Made by a program: the position numbers and the translations under genes
Source: a virus
Reading direction: 5' to 3' (one strand)
Virus record (IMG/VR): IMGVR_UViG_3300034072_001149
Coordinates: 64,001 to 128,000 of that record
DNA: 64,000 nt
Notes under the pieces: generated by a model
What the model was told of the DNA's origin: nothing
Databases searched by the model: none
The model's input: only the letters and a program-made list of their open reading frames with translations
Shown: one piece after another, positions 29,644 through 38,972 of the stretch
Numbering within the stretch: position 1 is the first letter of the stretch
Layout of the letters: each line of letters begins with the position of its first letter

Positions 29644-30105
29644 TTAGGACTTATTCTCAAGGGCGTCAAGGCGCTCCATGATTTCCCGAAGTAGACGAAC
29701 CTGCTCGGCAGACTGTTGCTTTAGCAGTTCCTGTTCGTTGTGGGTAAAGGCATTGCTGTCAACAATCAGATGAGCGGACATTTTGGCCGTAATGATAGGC
29801 ACGACCAAGAACACGCAAATGAACATAAACGCGCCACCGACCAACTTACTGATCAGATGGGTTGGATAGAGGTCACCATAACCCACTGTGGTCGCCGTCA
29901 CAGTAGCCCACCAGAAGCTATTGGTTAGGTCTTTGTCCTCTACAATGCTGAAGGTAACTGCCGCGATAGTCATCGTGATGATAAACAGCGAGACCATAGG
30001 CAAAACCTTATTGGCCATCTTCTGCATCATATTCATTTGGACCATAGGTTGAGTAATAGCGATATCGTAAATCTCGTTACCAACCTTTTCAATTTCCTTA
30101 CGCAT
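29644..30105 (-). CDS. Two-TM potassium channel (KcsA-like)
   Basis: TM1, pore helix [10 protein letters not shown], filter TVGYGD, TM2. Confidence 0.9.
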   Translation of the reverse strand: MRKEIEKVGNEIYDIAITQPMVQMNMMQKMANKVLPMVSLFIITMTIAAVTFSIVEDKDLTNSFWWATVTATTVGYGDLYPTHLISKLVGGAFMFICVFLVVPIITAKMSAHLIVDSNAFTHNEQELLKQQSAEQVRLLREIMERLDALENKS

Positions 30106-30176
30106 TGTAGGTGTCCCTTACGACCTTTGGATATATGTTATGGGGAAGCGTTATACCTCCCCATAACACTAATCCG

Positions 30177-30782
30177 TTAATCAAGTTCGCTATAACGGCT
30201 TGCCATACGGTCAGACATGCTCTGCAGACTGTTAGCGATTGCCCGGTAAACCGAAGCGAATACGCGCTGCAGGAAATCGCCAACAAAGGTGCCGATGAAT
30301 GAAAATGGCCAATAGGCCATCCAGACAGTGATGCGACCCTTGTTGTTACTGACCATGCGACGCTGACTGATGTTCAGAATCTTGACTTCTTTGGTCGCAT
30401 TGAACGCATCACGAACAGTCTGATCAGCCGGCATCTCTTTGAGACCGCGGTTCTTCAAAAAATTGCTGCGAAGTTCTTCGTAGCGATCGAACAGCTTGGG
30501 CAGGTAGAACATTCGCCACTTGACGAAGGCCCAAACTGCCGCGATACCCAGATATCCCAAAACGCCATAGATCACGTAGATCGGATTTTCCTGTACGAAT
30601 TCGAGAACAGGAGCGTTGGTGAATGCCACGATCGCGGCCACGGTAATCAAGAGCGTCAGCGTTGCCGCTCCGGCTCTATCTGAATCGACTTGGGCCGCAA
30701 GGACCAGGGTAACAAGGCCGACGATGATCCAAAAGAGGACACCGCCAAACGTGATAATTTCTGCAATCATGTTCGTCTCCAT
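30177..30782 (-). CDS. Membrane protein
   Basis: Three to four hydrophobic segments; ITVWMAYWPFS motif. Confidence 0.7.
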   Translation of the reverse strand: METNMIAEIITFGGVLFWIIVGLVTLVLAAQVDSDRAGAATLTLLITVAAIVAFTNAPVLEFVQENPIYVIYGVLGYLGIAAVWAFVKWRMFYLPKLFDRYEELRSNFLKNRGLKEMPADQTVRDAFNATKEVKILNISQRRMVSNNKGRITVWMAYWPFSFIGTFVGDFLQRVFASVYRAIANSLQSMSDRMASRYSELD

Positions 30783-32116
30783 TCGGTGCCGTGAACGCCA
30801 TCGGCAAGCGTGATCCCCATATCAGACAATTGCTGACGGATCCTATCAGCTTCTTCGTAATTTCTAGCTTTCCTCGCGGATTGACGAGCCACGATTAGAG
30901 CCTCTACCGCTTCCTTGTCAACACCTAGTGTCCGCCACTGGTGCGGTGTATGGTTGAACAATCCCAGCAAACGTCCGGACTTGATCAACTTGGCCTTGAG
31001 TGGCGCCTTTTCCTTAGCAATATCAAGATCGTTGGCGATTGCGTGTAGAGCTGTGATAGCAGCAGGTGTATTGAGATCTTGAAAAAGCTTGGAGGTAAAC
31101 CCGTCAGACAAACGGGTATCTTCTGCCCAGTTGATATCATCCCAACGGAAAAGGATGTCATAAAGACCAGACAACGCTTTGTGCGCTTGGTCCAAAGACT
31201 CCCATGAAAAATCCATGGGAGAACGATAATGTGTCCGCAGAAAGTAGTATCTTACGGTTTCCGCAGGGTAACGCTCAAAGAGATCCTTGAGCAAAATCAC
31301 ATTTCCGCGACTCTTGGACATCTTTTCACCGCTTACGGTCAAGAGTCCATTATGGACCCAGTAGCGGGCAAGCGGCTTATCCATTGCGCAGTGACTCTGC
31401 GCGCATTCTGCTTCATGATGGGGAAAGCGTAGATCTGCTCCACCACCGTGAATGTCAATGGTCTGTTCCTGAAACTCCTTGGCTATCATGGCCGAGCATT
31501 CAATATGCCAACCGGGTCTGCCGTTGCCCCAAGGGCTATCCCACCAAGGCTCACCTGGCTTTGAGGGCTTCCAGAGAACAAAATCACGTGGATCTTTTTT
31601 GCTCTTGTCAATTGCCACTCGACCACCGGATCTGAGATCGTTATGGTTGGCCAATCCAGGATGAGGATTGCTTGGCACATGAAAGAAAACCGTGCCCTTG
31701 CGAACATATGCGTTCTTGGAAGTGATCAATCTCTTGATCACAGTCCGCATTGCCTGAATGGATTCAGTTGCCTTGGGTTCGATTGTTGGCAGGAGGCAAT
31801 TCAATGCCTCAAGATCGGCATGATAAGCTGCAATAGCCGGCTCGGTTATCTGGCTAATATCCACATTCTTCTGCGAGGCAGCGTCGATGATCTTGTCATC
31901 AATATCGGTTATGTTGCGAGCATAACGGACATGATCTTCACCATATAGATAACGCAACACTCGGAATAGCTGATCGAAAACGATAGCCGGTCTCGCATTA
32001 CCAATATGCGCAGGACCATAAACAGTTGGACCACAGACATACATGGTAACCAGCCTTGAGGATCCAGGGCTGAATTTCTCGATTGTTCGAGATTGGCTAT
32101 TGTAAAGTTCCAACAT
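30767..32116 (-). CDS. cysS: Cysteinyl-tRNA synthetase
   Basis: YVCGPTVY, HIGN, GRPGWHIECSAM, DIHGGGADLRFPHHE, KMSKS and C-terminal anticodon domain (ADRIRQQL). Confidence 0.96.
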   Translation of the reverse strand: MLELYNSQSRTIEKFSPGSSRLVTMYVCGPTVYGPAHIGNARPAIVFDQLFRVLRYLYGEDHVRYARNITDIDDKIIDAASQKNVDISQITEPAIAAYHADLEALNCLLPTIEPKATESIQAMRTVIKRLITSKNAYVRKGTVFFHVPSNPHPGLANHNDLRSGGRVAIDKSKKDPRDFVLWKPSKPGEPWWDSPWGNGRPGWHIECSAMIAKEFQEQTIDIHGGGADLRFPHHEAECAQSHCAMDKPLARYWVHNGLLTVSGEKMSKSRGNVILLKDLFERYPAETVRYYFLRTHYRSPMDFSWESLDQAHKALSGLYDILFRWDDINWAEDTRLSDGFTSKLFQDLNTPAAITALHAIANDLDIAKEKAPLKAKLIKSGRLLGLFNHTPHQWRTLGVDKEAVEALIVARQSARKARNYEEADRIRQQLSDMGITLADGVHGTEWRRT

Positions 32117-32122
32117 CTGACC

Positions 32123-32150
32123 AATCTACAATAGATTGGCAGCAAGTCAA
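32123..32150 (-). promoter_or_regulatory. sigma70-like promoter of cysS
   Basis: TTGACT-N16-TAGATT. Confidence 0.5.
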
Positions 32151-32537
32151 TCAGAAGTTGCCAAGAAACGATAGTTTGAACATAGTGGCATGTTTGGGAT
32201 CACCAAACTTGGCAGTGAGCTCTGTTTGTCTTTTTTTGGTGAAATAAAAGTTTAAACCTAGATCAACTTTGAATTCAAAACTGGCTTGATTTTCCGTTAT
32301 ACACTCTCGAGCCCATTCCATGATATTTCTATCACGGATGGCAAATGGTGCTCTTTGGAGAATACCACTTGTTCCTTCTGGATGCCACTCAGTAGTGACA
32401 TCAAAAGGAATAACAAATTTGACCCTATAAGGCGCCAGCAGATATTTTGGACTTGATCTAAAACGGTATTTGAACCGGAGGATGTTATCAAGGGGGTGGT
32501 CACCCCCTCCTCGCCTTGTGGAACTCATATTCCACAT
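32151..32537 (-). CDS. FKLxW-family small protein
   Basis: C-terminal KFGDPKHATMFKLSF. Confidence 0.6.
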   Translation of the reverse strand: MWNMSSTRRGGGDHPLDNILRFKYRFRSSPKYLLAPYRVKFVIPFDVTTEWHPEGTSGILQRAPFAIRDRNIMEWARECITENQASFEFKVDLGLNFYFTKKRQTELTAKFGDPKHATMFKLSFLGNF

Positions 32538-33370
32538 TATACGTCTTCACCAAGCCATTCGCGAGTAGCGGCTTTGCTGACCCCAATTACTACCTTTTCC
32601 AAATCACAGGCATATAAGCCAGCGCAGCTAAAACCATTGAGTTCAACGATCTTTGGACCATCTTCGGTTAGCGCGACGTCACAGGTGTATGCGATATCTA
32701 CCTGCCATTCATGATCTGCGACCTGCTGCGCCAAATTCCAACATTCTTGTGGCCAGTCTCGTCGCACGTCCAACTTGCCGTCCCAGCGATACTCTGAACC
32801 GGCAATAACCTGCTTGTCAGCTATCACGAAACGAAACTCACCTTGGATTTCCACTCCTGGATTCACCAGTATCAAGGTGTCTTCCATAACACCACTGATC
32901 TGCTCCAGAGTCGAGATGTCGTCATCTACCAGATCACGCTTGATGCGCTGGCCCGCGAACGTCTTGAATCCGCTATCAGGGCGGACAAAGAGTAGATTGG
33001 TGTTATGCTCAATGAAAAGTTCATGGGCTCGGTGTTTGAACATGGCCCAAGTCATGAATGTTGCTTTGCGATTGAGAAACCAATCCAAAGGAAGGTAGCT
33101 CATATACTGACTAGCAGAGGTTCGCCGGTTCACGCCAAGATGACCAGGTTGGAACCTACCATCTGGGTTTACCTTTTTGGTAAAATCATGTGACCCGTAG
33201 AGCACCACTGGTCCATCAATGCTGTCGATATGAGAATAAGTCCCGTCATCTTCTCGTTCAATCTCAATTACATCGTGACCAAGAGAGCGAATGACATCGG
33301 GCAAAGGACGCTGACCATAGATCATGCGTTCAAGAATGTAATCGTCGAGAATCCAAGTAACTTGAGCCAT
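32537..33370 (-). CDS. ATP-grasp fold protein (DUF4343/R2K-like)
   Basis: FVRPDSGFKTFAG, EFRFVI, YTCDVA and IVELNGFSCAGLY. Confidence 0.8.
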   Translation of the reverse strand: MAQVTWILDDYILERMIYGQRPLPDVIRSLGHDVIEIEREDDGTYSHIDSIDGPVVLYGSHDFTKKVNPDGRFQPGHLGVNRRTSASQYMSYLPLDWFLNRKATFMTWAMFKHRAHELFIEHNTNLLFVRPDSGFKTFAGQRIKRDLVDDDISTLEQISGVMEDTLILVNPGVEIQGEFRFVIADKQVIAGSEYRWDGKLDVRRDWPQECWNLAQQVADHEWQVDIAYTCDVALTEDGPKIVELNGFSCAGLYACDLEKVVIGVSKAATREWLGEDV

Positions 33371-33410
33371 CCTAAGTTGCTAAAACAGGATGGCTCAAAA
33401 GTCAATCAGC

Positions 33411-33758
33411 TTATGCCGCCTGTTGGATATCATCCTTGTAGTTCTGCTCAAAAGGCAGTTCAGTTAGGATCTCAACTTCATCACAAAGGCGTTCGACCTT
33501 GAGATTGGCTTCAGCCATTAAGGTTAGCATCATATTGCGAACCTGTTCTGACATCTGTATGACCTTGACATCAGCATCCAGATTTGGATCCCGACGTATC
33601 TGGTGCATACGATCTTTGGCCGCCTTACGAGCCTGCTGTAGAAGCATTTTGCTCACAGTTTGACTCACAGCCGCCAGCGAGATCTCGCCAGTTTCTTCCA
33701 CAGCTTCAGGCGCAATCTGAGTTAGGTCTAGATTAAACTCTACTTTGAACTTTGACAC
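33411..33758 (-). CDS. Hypothetical protein
   Basis: GTG start with GGAG SD. Confidence 0.6.
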   Translation of the reverse strand: MSKFKVEFNLDLTQIAPEAVEETGEISLAAVSQTVSKMLLQQARKAAKDRMHQIRRDPNLDADVKVIQMSEQVRNMMLTLMAEANLKVERLCDEVEILTELPFEQNYKDDIQQAA

Positions 33759-33785
33759 AGTCGATCTCCCAAACGGGTCTCTTAT

Positions 33786-33878
33786 GCGGAAAAGGAAGAA
33801 TGCTCAGACCAAAAGGGACAAGTCCCAAGGGGCAAGTGGCCCTATTCCGATCTGTGTGCCTAAGCATGTCCTGTCCGC
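33786..33878 (-). ncRNA. Candidate structured RNA (multi-branch hairpin)
   Basis: Nested stems GCGGA/TCCGC, AGGA/TCCT and ATGCTTAGGC/GTCTGAGCAT enclose the hairpins GGGC/GCCC and GGGAC/GTCCC. Confidence 0.5.
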
Positions 33879-33969
33879 TAGCAGATTTTTCGCAAGAAGC
33901 CAAGAGCAAAAAATTATTCTTTGTCACGGCTTTGAAATACACCTACTAGCAGATTTCTAGAAACCAATT

Positions 33970-34287
33970 TTATTGATATAATCCAAAGCTTATGAAAAGC
34001 GGTAGGTCCGTTTCGTTATAAAGGCTATATGGACCAAGTTTGAAATATAACGCTTCTCTTACATCTTTGAAGATAATACGTATATAGGTATGAGGGATAT
34101 GATCAGGTGTAGGTGAGATTTCCTCAATCTGACTCAAGTCCCAAGGGCTTTTACAATTCTTATATAGCCAGATCTCCACAAAACTATAAAGAAGATCAAT
34201 GTTAATCTTCTTCAAATGGGTTACCTCTAAGGTAACTGTGAAACCATCAACCATAGACTGTGAATGAGACTCTCTTATCAAGTTCAT
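33970..34287 (-). CDS. FKLxW-family small protein
   Basis: IIFKDVREALYFKL; late-promoter motif upstream. Confidence 0.6.
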   Translation of the reverse strand: MNLIRESHSQSMVDGFTVTLEVTHLKKINIDLLYSFVEIWLYKNCKSPWDLSQIEEISPTPDHIPHTYIRIIFKDVREALYFKLGPYSLYNETDLPLFISFGLYQ

Positions 34288-34336
34288 CCCGTATTTATGA
34301 GTTGCGCCAATCTAATAGCGCAACTCACTCAGGCAC

Positions 34337-35539
34337 TCACTCACACAGATTAGTATCCCTGAAATCACTCCAAGAAGTGCCACCCCACAGATGGCGCATT
34401 GAATTGACCTTGGTCTGGCTACCAAGTTGTGATCCCACATACTTGATCAACAGCGCATAGACGCCTTCTTCGCCGTCTGCCAACCTGTCCCAAGTGGAGA
34501 ACTTGAAACCCTGCATTCCATCGTTGATCTTGGTGATCTTTTCAGCAAACTTTTTCTTGCTGCCGTTGAAGTTGTCAAAATCGGCCTGAACTTCCCAATA
34601 GAGATCGCTTGCCAACTTCTTCAATCCAACAAAGATGCTCTTCGCGAAATCATCAGCAGCTTGGACCAAGTCCTCGGGTAAAAAGGGCTTGGCATCATCA
34701 AGCTTTTCATCCACAATCAAGCGGATCACATCCTTTTCATGGTTGAGATGCTCAAGCGTCTTGTGGAGGAGAGAATACCATTCGCCCTTCAACTTGAGCA
34801 TGGTGCCATCGGCCCAGCGAAAAACGTCGCCTTCCTCGCCTTCAACGCCTCGGATCTCGGCAATGGTCTCGTCATCAATACCAGTGATCTCACCGGAGAA
34901 CGAACAGCAGGGAATACCATAGGACGCAGCCTCTTCCTTGAGGCAAGGAGCATCCATATACTCACCGGTTTCGTTATCACGAATAGCAGTCAGGACCAGC
35001 TGAGTCACGGGATAGTCGATAACGATGCGCTGGATACGCGAGCACCATTCAAAGATCGGTGTCTTGCCCTGGCTCATCCAATACTTACAGAACTCGTGGT
35101 ATTCAACACGATCCTTGGCCCACACATCAACCGGCGCGGCCACCCCCGTCAAACCCATCTTGGTACAGAAACGCACCTCACCCTTGATCAACAGAGGCGT
35201 GATCATGGATCCATCAAGCTTCTTGAAGCGGCGATAGGGCTTGGACCAGTCAACCGAACCGGGCATCGTTTCAGGACGCTCGCCCAAGTTGAAGAACTTG
35301 TGATACTTGCGAGAGATCACCTTACCCGTAGCGGTATCGAAAGTGATACCACGACATTCGCGCAGCAGAGCGGTCCGCCGATCGGTAACGGGCGGGAAGG
35401 TATCCTCGAAGTTGACCAGATAGTTGATCACGGTATAGCCGTGTTCCTCATCAACCTTGACTACGAATTCCTCACGGCCTTCAATGGCTTCAAGAACTTC
35501 CGACAAATGGGTAATCTTGGGAAATTGATATGAAGTCAT
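34337..35539 (-). CDS. RNA ligase 1 (T4 RnlA-like)
   Basis: ECRGITFD, HKFFNLGE, motif I KLDGS, FEW, RIVIDY, EG and LKLK..WY..LH. Confidence 0.9.
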   Translation of the reverse strand: MTSYQFPKITHLSEVLEAIEGREEFVVKVDEEHGYTVINYLVNFEDTFPPVTDRRTALLRECRGITFDTATGKVISRKYHKFFNLGERPETMPGSVDWSKPYRRFKKLDGSMITPLLIKGEVRFCTKMGLTGVAAPVDVWAKDRVEYHEFCKYWMSQGKTPIFEWCSRIQRIVIDYPVTQLVLTAIRDNETGEYMDAPCLKEEAASYGIPCCSFSGEITGIDDETIAEIRGVEGEEGDVFRWADGTMLKLKGEWYSLLHKTLEHLNHEKDVIRLIVDEKLDDAKPFLPEDLVQAADDFAKSIFVGLKKLASDLYWEVQADFDNFNGSKKKFAEKITKINDGMQGFKFSTWDRLADGEEGVYALLIKYVGSQLGSQTKVNSMRHLWGGTSWSDFRDTNLCE

Positions 35540-35663
35540 TGTTTTCACCTTATTGTTTGATCTAATGGTTTGCTGATAAGGAAATTTCCTGTCCAGCATC
35601 AATTTTGGACAATGACACTGAACAGGAAATTGTCAACCAGACTTTGGTGTCTATCACCCAAAA

Positions 35664-36284
35664 TTATGGGCGGTGTTCAATCACCTTGTCACCCAGGCCC
35701 ATCGCAACTGCTTCTTCTGCAGAAAGGAAGGTATCGAACTTCATGGTCTGGAAGAGCTCTTCATAAGTCTTACCAGCAGTATTGTGGCGGACATAAAGCT
35801 GGGTCAGACGCTCATTAATGCGTACCGATTCTTCAAAAGAACGCTTGGCGTCTTCGAACTGTAGATCCTGCACATGGACGGAACCCGAGGTTCCGCGAGT
35901 GCCGCTGCTGACCCGATGAATCATGGTACGCGATTCGGGAAGGAGATACCGCTTGCCAGCAGCGCCGGCCTGGGCCAGGAACGAACCCATTGAACAAGCC
36001 TGACCCATGACCAGCGTATTCACATCTGGCTTGATAAAGCGCATGGTATCATAAATCGCCAGCCCAGCAGTTACAGCACCACCGGGTGAGTTGATGTAAA
36101 GCCAAATATCCTTGGCGGGGTCTTCGCTTTCAAGGAAGAGAAGCTGGGCGCAGACAATCTGCGCCATCTGATCTTCAACCTGACCATTGAGAAACACGAT
36201 GCGCTCTTTGAGCAGGCGCGAATAGATATCATAGGCGCGCTCACCTCGACCGGTAGTCTCAATAACAGTTGGAACCAATGGCAT
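35664..36284 (-). CDS. clpP: ATP-dependent Clp protease proteolytic subunit
   Basis: [28 protein letters not shown] (catalytic Ser), MIH and DTFLSAEEA. Confidence 0.95.
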   Translation of the reverse strand: MPLVPTVIETTGRGERAYDIYSRLLKERIVFLNGQVEDQMAQIVCAQLLFLESEDPAKDIWLYINSPGGAVTAGLAIYDTMRFIKPDVNTLVMGQACSMGSFLAQAGAAGKRYLLPESRTMIHRVSSGTRGTSGSVHVQDLQFEDAKRSFEESVRINERLTQLYVRHNTAGKTYEELFQTMKFDTFLSAEEAVAMGLGDKVIEHRP

Positions 36285-36348
36285 TATAAAAACTCCTTGC
36301 GTTAGAACACCGTGTTAAAACCATAATCCATTGATAGCAATATTCAAA

Positions 36349-36660
36349 TTACTTTGATTCCCACGCCTGATGGCCACCTCGAAGCTTGAACATCAACGCA
36401 TCATTTTTGTCTTCAAACCGGACAACCATGGTATATTCGTCCGGTCTCCCTCTGACAGTTTTGTAGATAAAATAGGCCCATTTACCTGGAGTATTCTCCA
36501 CCAGCCAATCCTCTACAAGCTTGGCTGATTCAAAATTGTCAGGGACTTGGAATTGGGTACGTATCCATGATCTGTTCATAGGCCCCGTAAGAGATTTACG
36601 AAACAGCTTGTCGGTCTGGACTTCAAAATCAGTAAAAGTGAGATTTGTTGGCTTTTCCAT
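36349..36660 (-). CDS. FKLxW-family small protein
   Basis: VRFEDKNDALMFKL. Confidence 0.65.
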   Translation of the reverse strand: MEKPTNLTFTDFEVQTDKLFRKSLTGPMNRSWIRTQFQVPDNFESAKLVEDWLVENTPGKWAYFIYKTVRGRPDEYTMVVRFEDKNDALMFKLRGGHQAWESK

Positions 36661-36710
36661 ACAACCTATTATGTAGGAAAATTGCGGTTCTCGTCTATAT
36701 TCTAGTCAAA

Positions 36711-36733
36711 AAAGAGCCCCACACTGCGGGGCT
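36711..36733 (-). terminator. Intrinsic terminator
   Basis: GCCCCGC-AGT-GTGGGGC-TCTTTTT on the minus strand. Confidence 0.7.
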
Positions 36734-36912
36734 TAGTTGACAGCAAATTCTTGTAGCTAGGGTCGTATTCCAGCCCCTGCGAGCAGCTTCTGAGGGTCTA
36801 GCGTCGGGTCTAGTGCTGCGAGCTTTGCTACGACGTGATTGATCACGTCGCCGCTTGTCTGCTCGTGATCCCTGAGAATACGAAGAACTTTGATAAGAGT
36901 TGGCTTGTGCAT
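36733..36912 (-). CDS. Small protein: 51 aa to TAG at 36757, or 59 aa with amber read-through
   Basis: ATG immediately follows the upstream TAA; MHKPTLIKVLRILRDHEQ...GAGIRP*LQEFAVN; not in the ORF track. Confidence 0.55.
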
Positions 36913-37479
36913 TTACTTAAAAGGATCCTTGGGTATGGTCTTGAAACGATCACGCTTTGCTTGCTTGACCGCCTGATCCGCACGAACATATTGCCAGCAG
37001 CGTCCGAAGGCATCTACCGCGTTACTGCTGCCTGTAAGACTCAAATGATCGACAGTGGTATCTCCCTTTGTGATCATGATCGAGCCAGAACGAGCAAACG
37101 TTGGAAGGAAATCATCTGCAGGGAAAATCGCCAAGAGGCCTTTGCGATAAGAATCCACAGTACCTACCGCAGTTCGATCGTAGAAAAAGTCACCAAGAAG
37201 ATATCTGACTTCGTGCTGATCTCCCTTGGCAATGGACCAATTGAAGTTATCTACAACCACAGCCACTACGTCAGGATTCTCTAGATACCGGAAAAGTAAC
37301 AGACGAGAACTACCTGGGCCTTCATAATCATCTTTGATTATGCCACAGAAACCACCTTCAGCAGTTTCTTCATCGGCTTCACTAGCCGCTACAGTGAACC
37401 CATTGAAGGTTCCAAACTCTCGGCTTTGAGCAGGACTTGTCATCAGCAGGACACTGATGAAAAACGCGATCTTTTTCAT
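36913..37479 (-). CDS. Secreted/periplasmic protein
   Basis: Sec-type signal peptide MKKIAFFISVLLMTSPAQS. Confidence 0.7.
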   Translation of the reverse strand: MKKIAFFISVLLMTSPAQSREFGTFNGFTVAASEADEETAEGGFCGIIKDDYEGPGSSRLLLFRYLENPDVVAVVVDNFNWSIAKGDQHEVRYLLGDFFYDRTAVGTVDSYRKGLLAIFPADDFLPTFARSGSIMITKGDTTVDHLSLTGSSNAVDAFGRCWQYVRADQAVKQAKRDRFKTIPKDPFK

Positions 37480-37495
37480 AGGATTTCCGATCTTA

Positions 37496-37519
37496 TGGGG
37501 AGGGCCAAAGCCCTCCCCA
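37496..37519. terminator. Hairpin terminator
   Basis: GGGGAGGGC-CAAA-GCCCTCCCC. Confidence 0.6.
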
Positions 37520-37525
37520 ATTGAC

Positions 37526-38815
37526 TTACGCCGCGCGGCGCTCGTCTTCCTTGACGTAATAGGCCGTCATGCCCCAAGGAGCAACAATGCTCGTGTTGCC
37601 GTGAACAATGAAGAGGGTATCGCAATAGTCCTCTTCACCCCACGTGCCGCACGGATAACCATCCGTGAACATCACGAACTTCTTGGGCTCGATACTGTCG
37701 CCGATACCCTCGATATCGCCGAAACCATAGCCAGCCGGATCGCGCATGAATTCCCAGTTACACTCGAACATGGTGCCACCACCGCCCTTGGGCTCATAGT
37801 CCATGATCTCGTCAATGTTGTTCTGCGTGAACACCTTGGGGTTATAGACCTGCGTGTCAAACGTCCAAAGCGTCAGCTTGAAGTCGTCGAACGTTTCCAT
37901 GATGCCCTTGGTTTCCGAGAGGAAATCGCGCAGCATCTGGTCGGTCATCGAACCCGAGGTGTCAATACAGACCGCAACATCAACAGTGTCCTTGAAGTTG
38001 CTGCCAGGCAGGATAACGGAAGCACCGCCACCAATACCCCACGACCGCTTGCTGGGGCGGTTGAACGTATAGTCATCCTTGATGGAAGACTGGATATGCA
38101 TCTCGAGCAGGGTCCGCCAGTCCATGATCGGATTGGTAAACGCGTCAATGAGACGCTTGACACCTGCGGGGACCTTGCCGGCGCCAACTGCCTGAGCGGC
38201 GTTGATAACAGCAGCCTTGATCTCATTGCGGATCTTTTGCTTGTCCTCTTCGGTCAACTGGGGAGGACCATCGGGACCGCCCTGGACCGTGACCGTAATG
38301 GTCTTGCCACTACCGTTGCCATCACCGTCGCCGTCACCATCGCTGCCATCCATTTCCAGATGCTCATCGAGCGTCATCTGAATCTTGGTCTGGTTCTGCT
38401 CCAGCAGGCGATACACCTCTTCCGAGGTCATTTCGTCTGTATACTTGTCATCATACAGACCGCCCTTGGGCATATTGCCCAGCTTTTCCTTGACCAGGGA
38501 ATAGTTGACGATGTAATCGTTCGCCATGTTCCACAGCTTGTGCTCTCGCGAGCCCTTACGACCAAGGTGGTCATAAACACAGTGGAGGACCTCATGACCA
38601 ATGAGGAACAGCAGTTCATCGGGAGTCAGAGACTTGATGAACTCGCGATTGTAATACAGCTTGCGGCCATCGGTAGCTGCCGTCTTACACCACTTGGTAG
38701 CATCCACGAGCTCCATGCGGGTTGCGAGGTTGCCGAAAAACGGCTGGTTGAAGAGGAGCCCTACTCGGGCCTTGACGATCGCCTGGACGACCGGATCGGA
38801 CATATTTGCTGCCAT
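37526..38815 (-). CDS. Metallopeptidase-like (HExxH) + VWA domain protein (DUF2201-like)
   Basis: TAATDG, HEVLH, WNMANDY; VWA MIDAS DTSGSM, GGGGT and FTDG. Confidence 0.88.
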   Translation of the reverse strand: MAANMSDPVVQAIVKARVGLLFNQPFFGNLATRMELVDATKWCKTAATDGRKLYYNREFIKSLTPDELLFLIGHEVLHCVYDHLGRKGSREHKLWNMANDYIVNYSLVKEKLGNMPKGGLYDDKYTDEMTSEEVYRLLEQNQTKIQMTLDEHLEMDGSDGDGDGDGNGSGKTITVTVQGGPDGPPQLTEEDKQKIRNEIKAAVINAAQAVGAGKVPAGVKRLIDAFTNPIMDWRTLLEMHIQSSIKDDYTFNRPSKRSWGIGGGASVILPGSNFKDTVDVAVCIDTSGSMTDQMLRDFLSETKGIMETFDDFKLTLWTFDTQVYNPKVFTQNNIDEIMDYEPKGGGGTMFECNWEFMRDPAGYGFGDIEGIGDSIEPKKFVMFTDGYPCGTWGEEDYCDTLFIVHGNTSIVAPWGMTAYYVKEDERRAA

Positions 38816-38842
38816 GAGATCCTTCCTTTTGTTGTATCCGCT

Positions 38843-38870
38843 ATTATAACGGATAACATCATCGTGTCAA
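38843..38870 (-). promoter_or_regulatory. Consensus sigma70 promoter
   Basis: TTGACA-N16-TATAAT. Confidence 0.75.
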
Positions 38871-38912
38871 CTATTTAGGTGACAAGGTTCGTTGCGATTT
38901 TGGGATAAAATG

Positions 38913-38942
38913 AAAGGGTGGCCTGTTGCCAAGCCACCCTTT
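38913..38942 (-). terminator. Intrinsic terminator
   Basis: AAAGGGTGGC...GCCACCCTTT. Confidence 0.65.
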
Positions 38943-38972
38943 CCCCGTTAGGCCACGGGAAGCCGTTACGGA

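Noticed and set aside
33733-33960. Three short overlapping ORFs
   Set aside because: They have no SD or motif, and the region is better explained as a promoter plus structured RNA.
37457-38878. 473-aa plus-strand ORF, and similar antisense ORFs at 28226, 34739 and 39501
   Set aside because: These are shadow ORFs opposite GC3-rich genes that have clear motifs; they show no recognisable features of their own.
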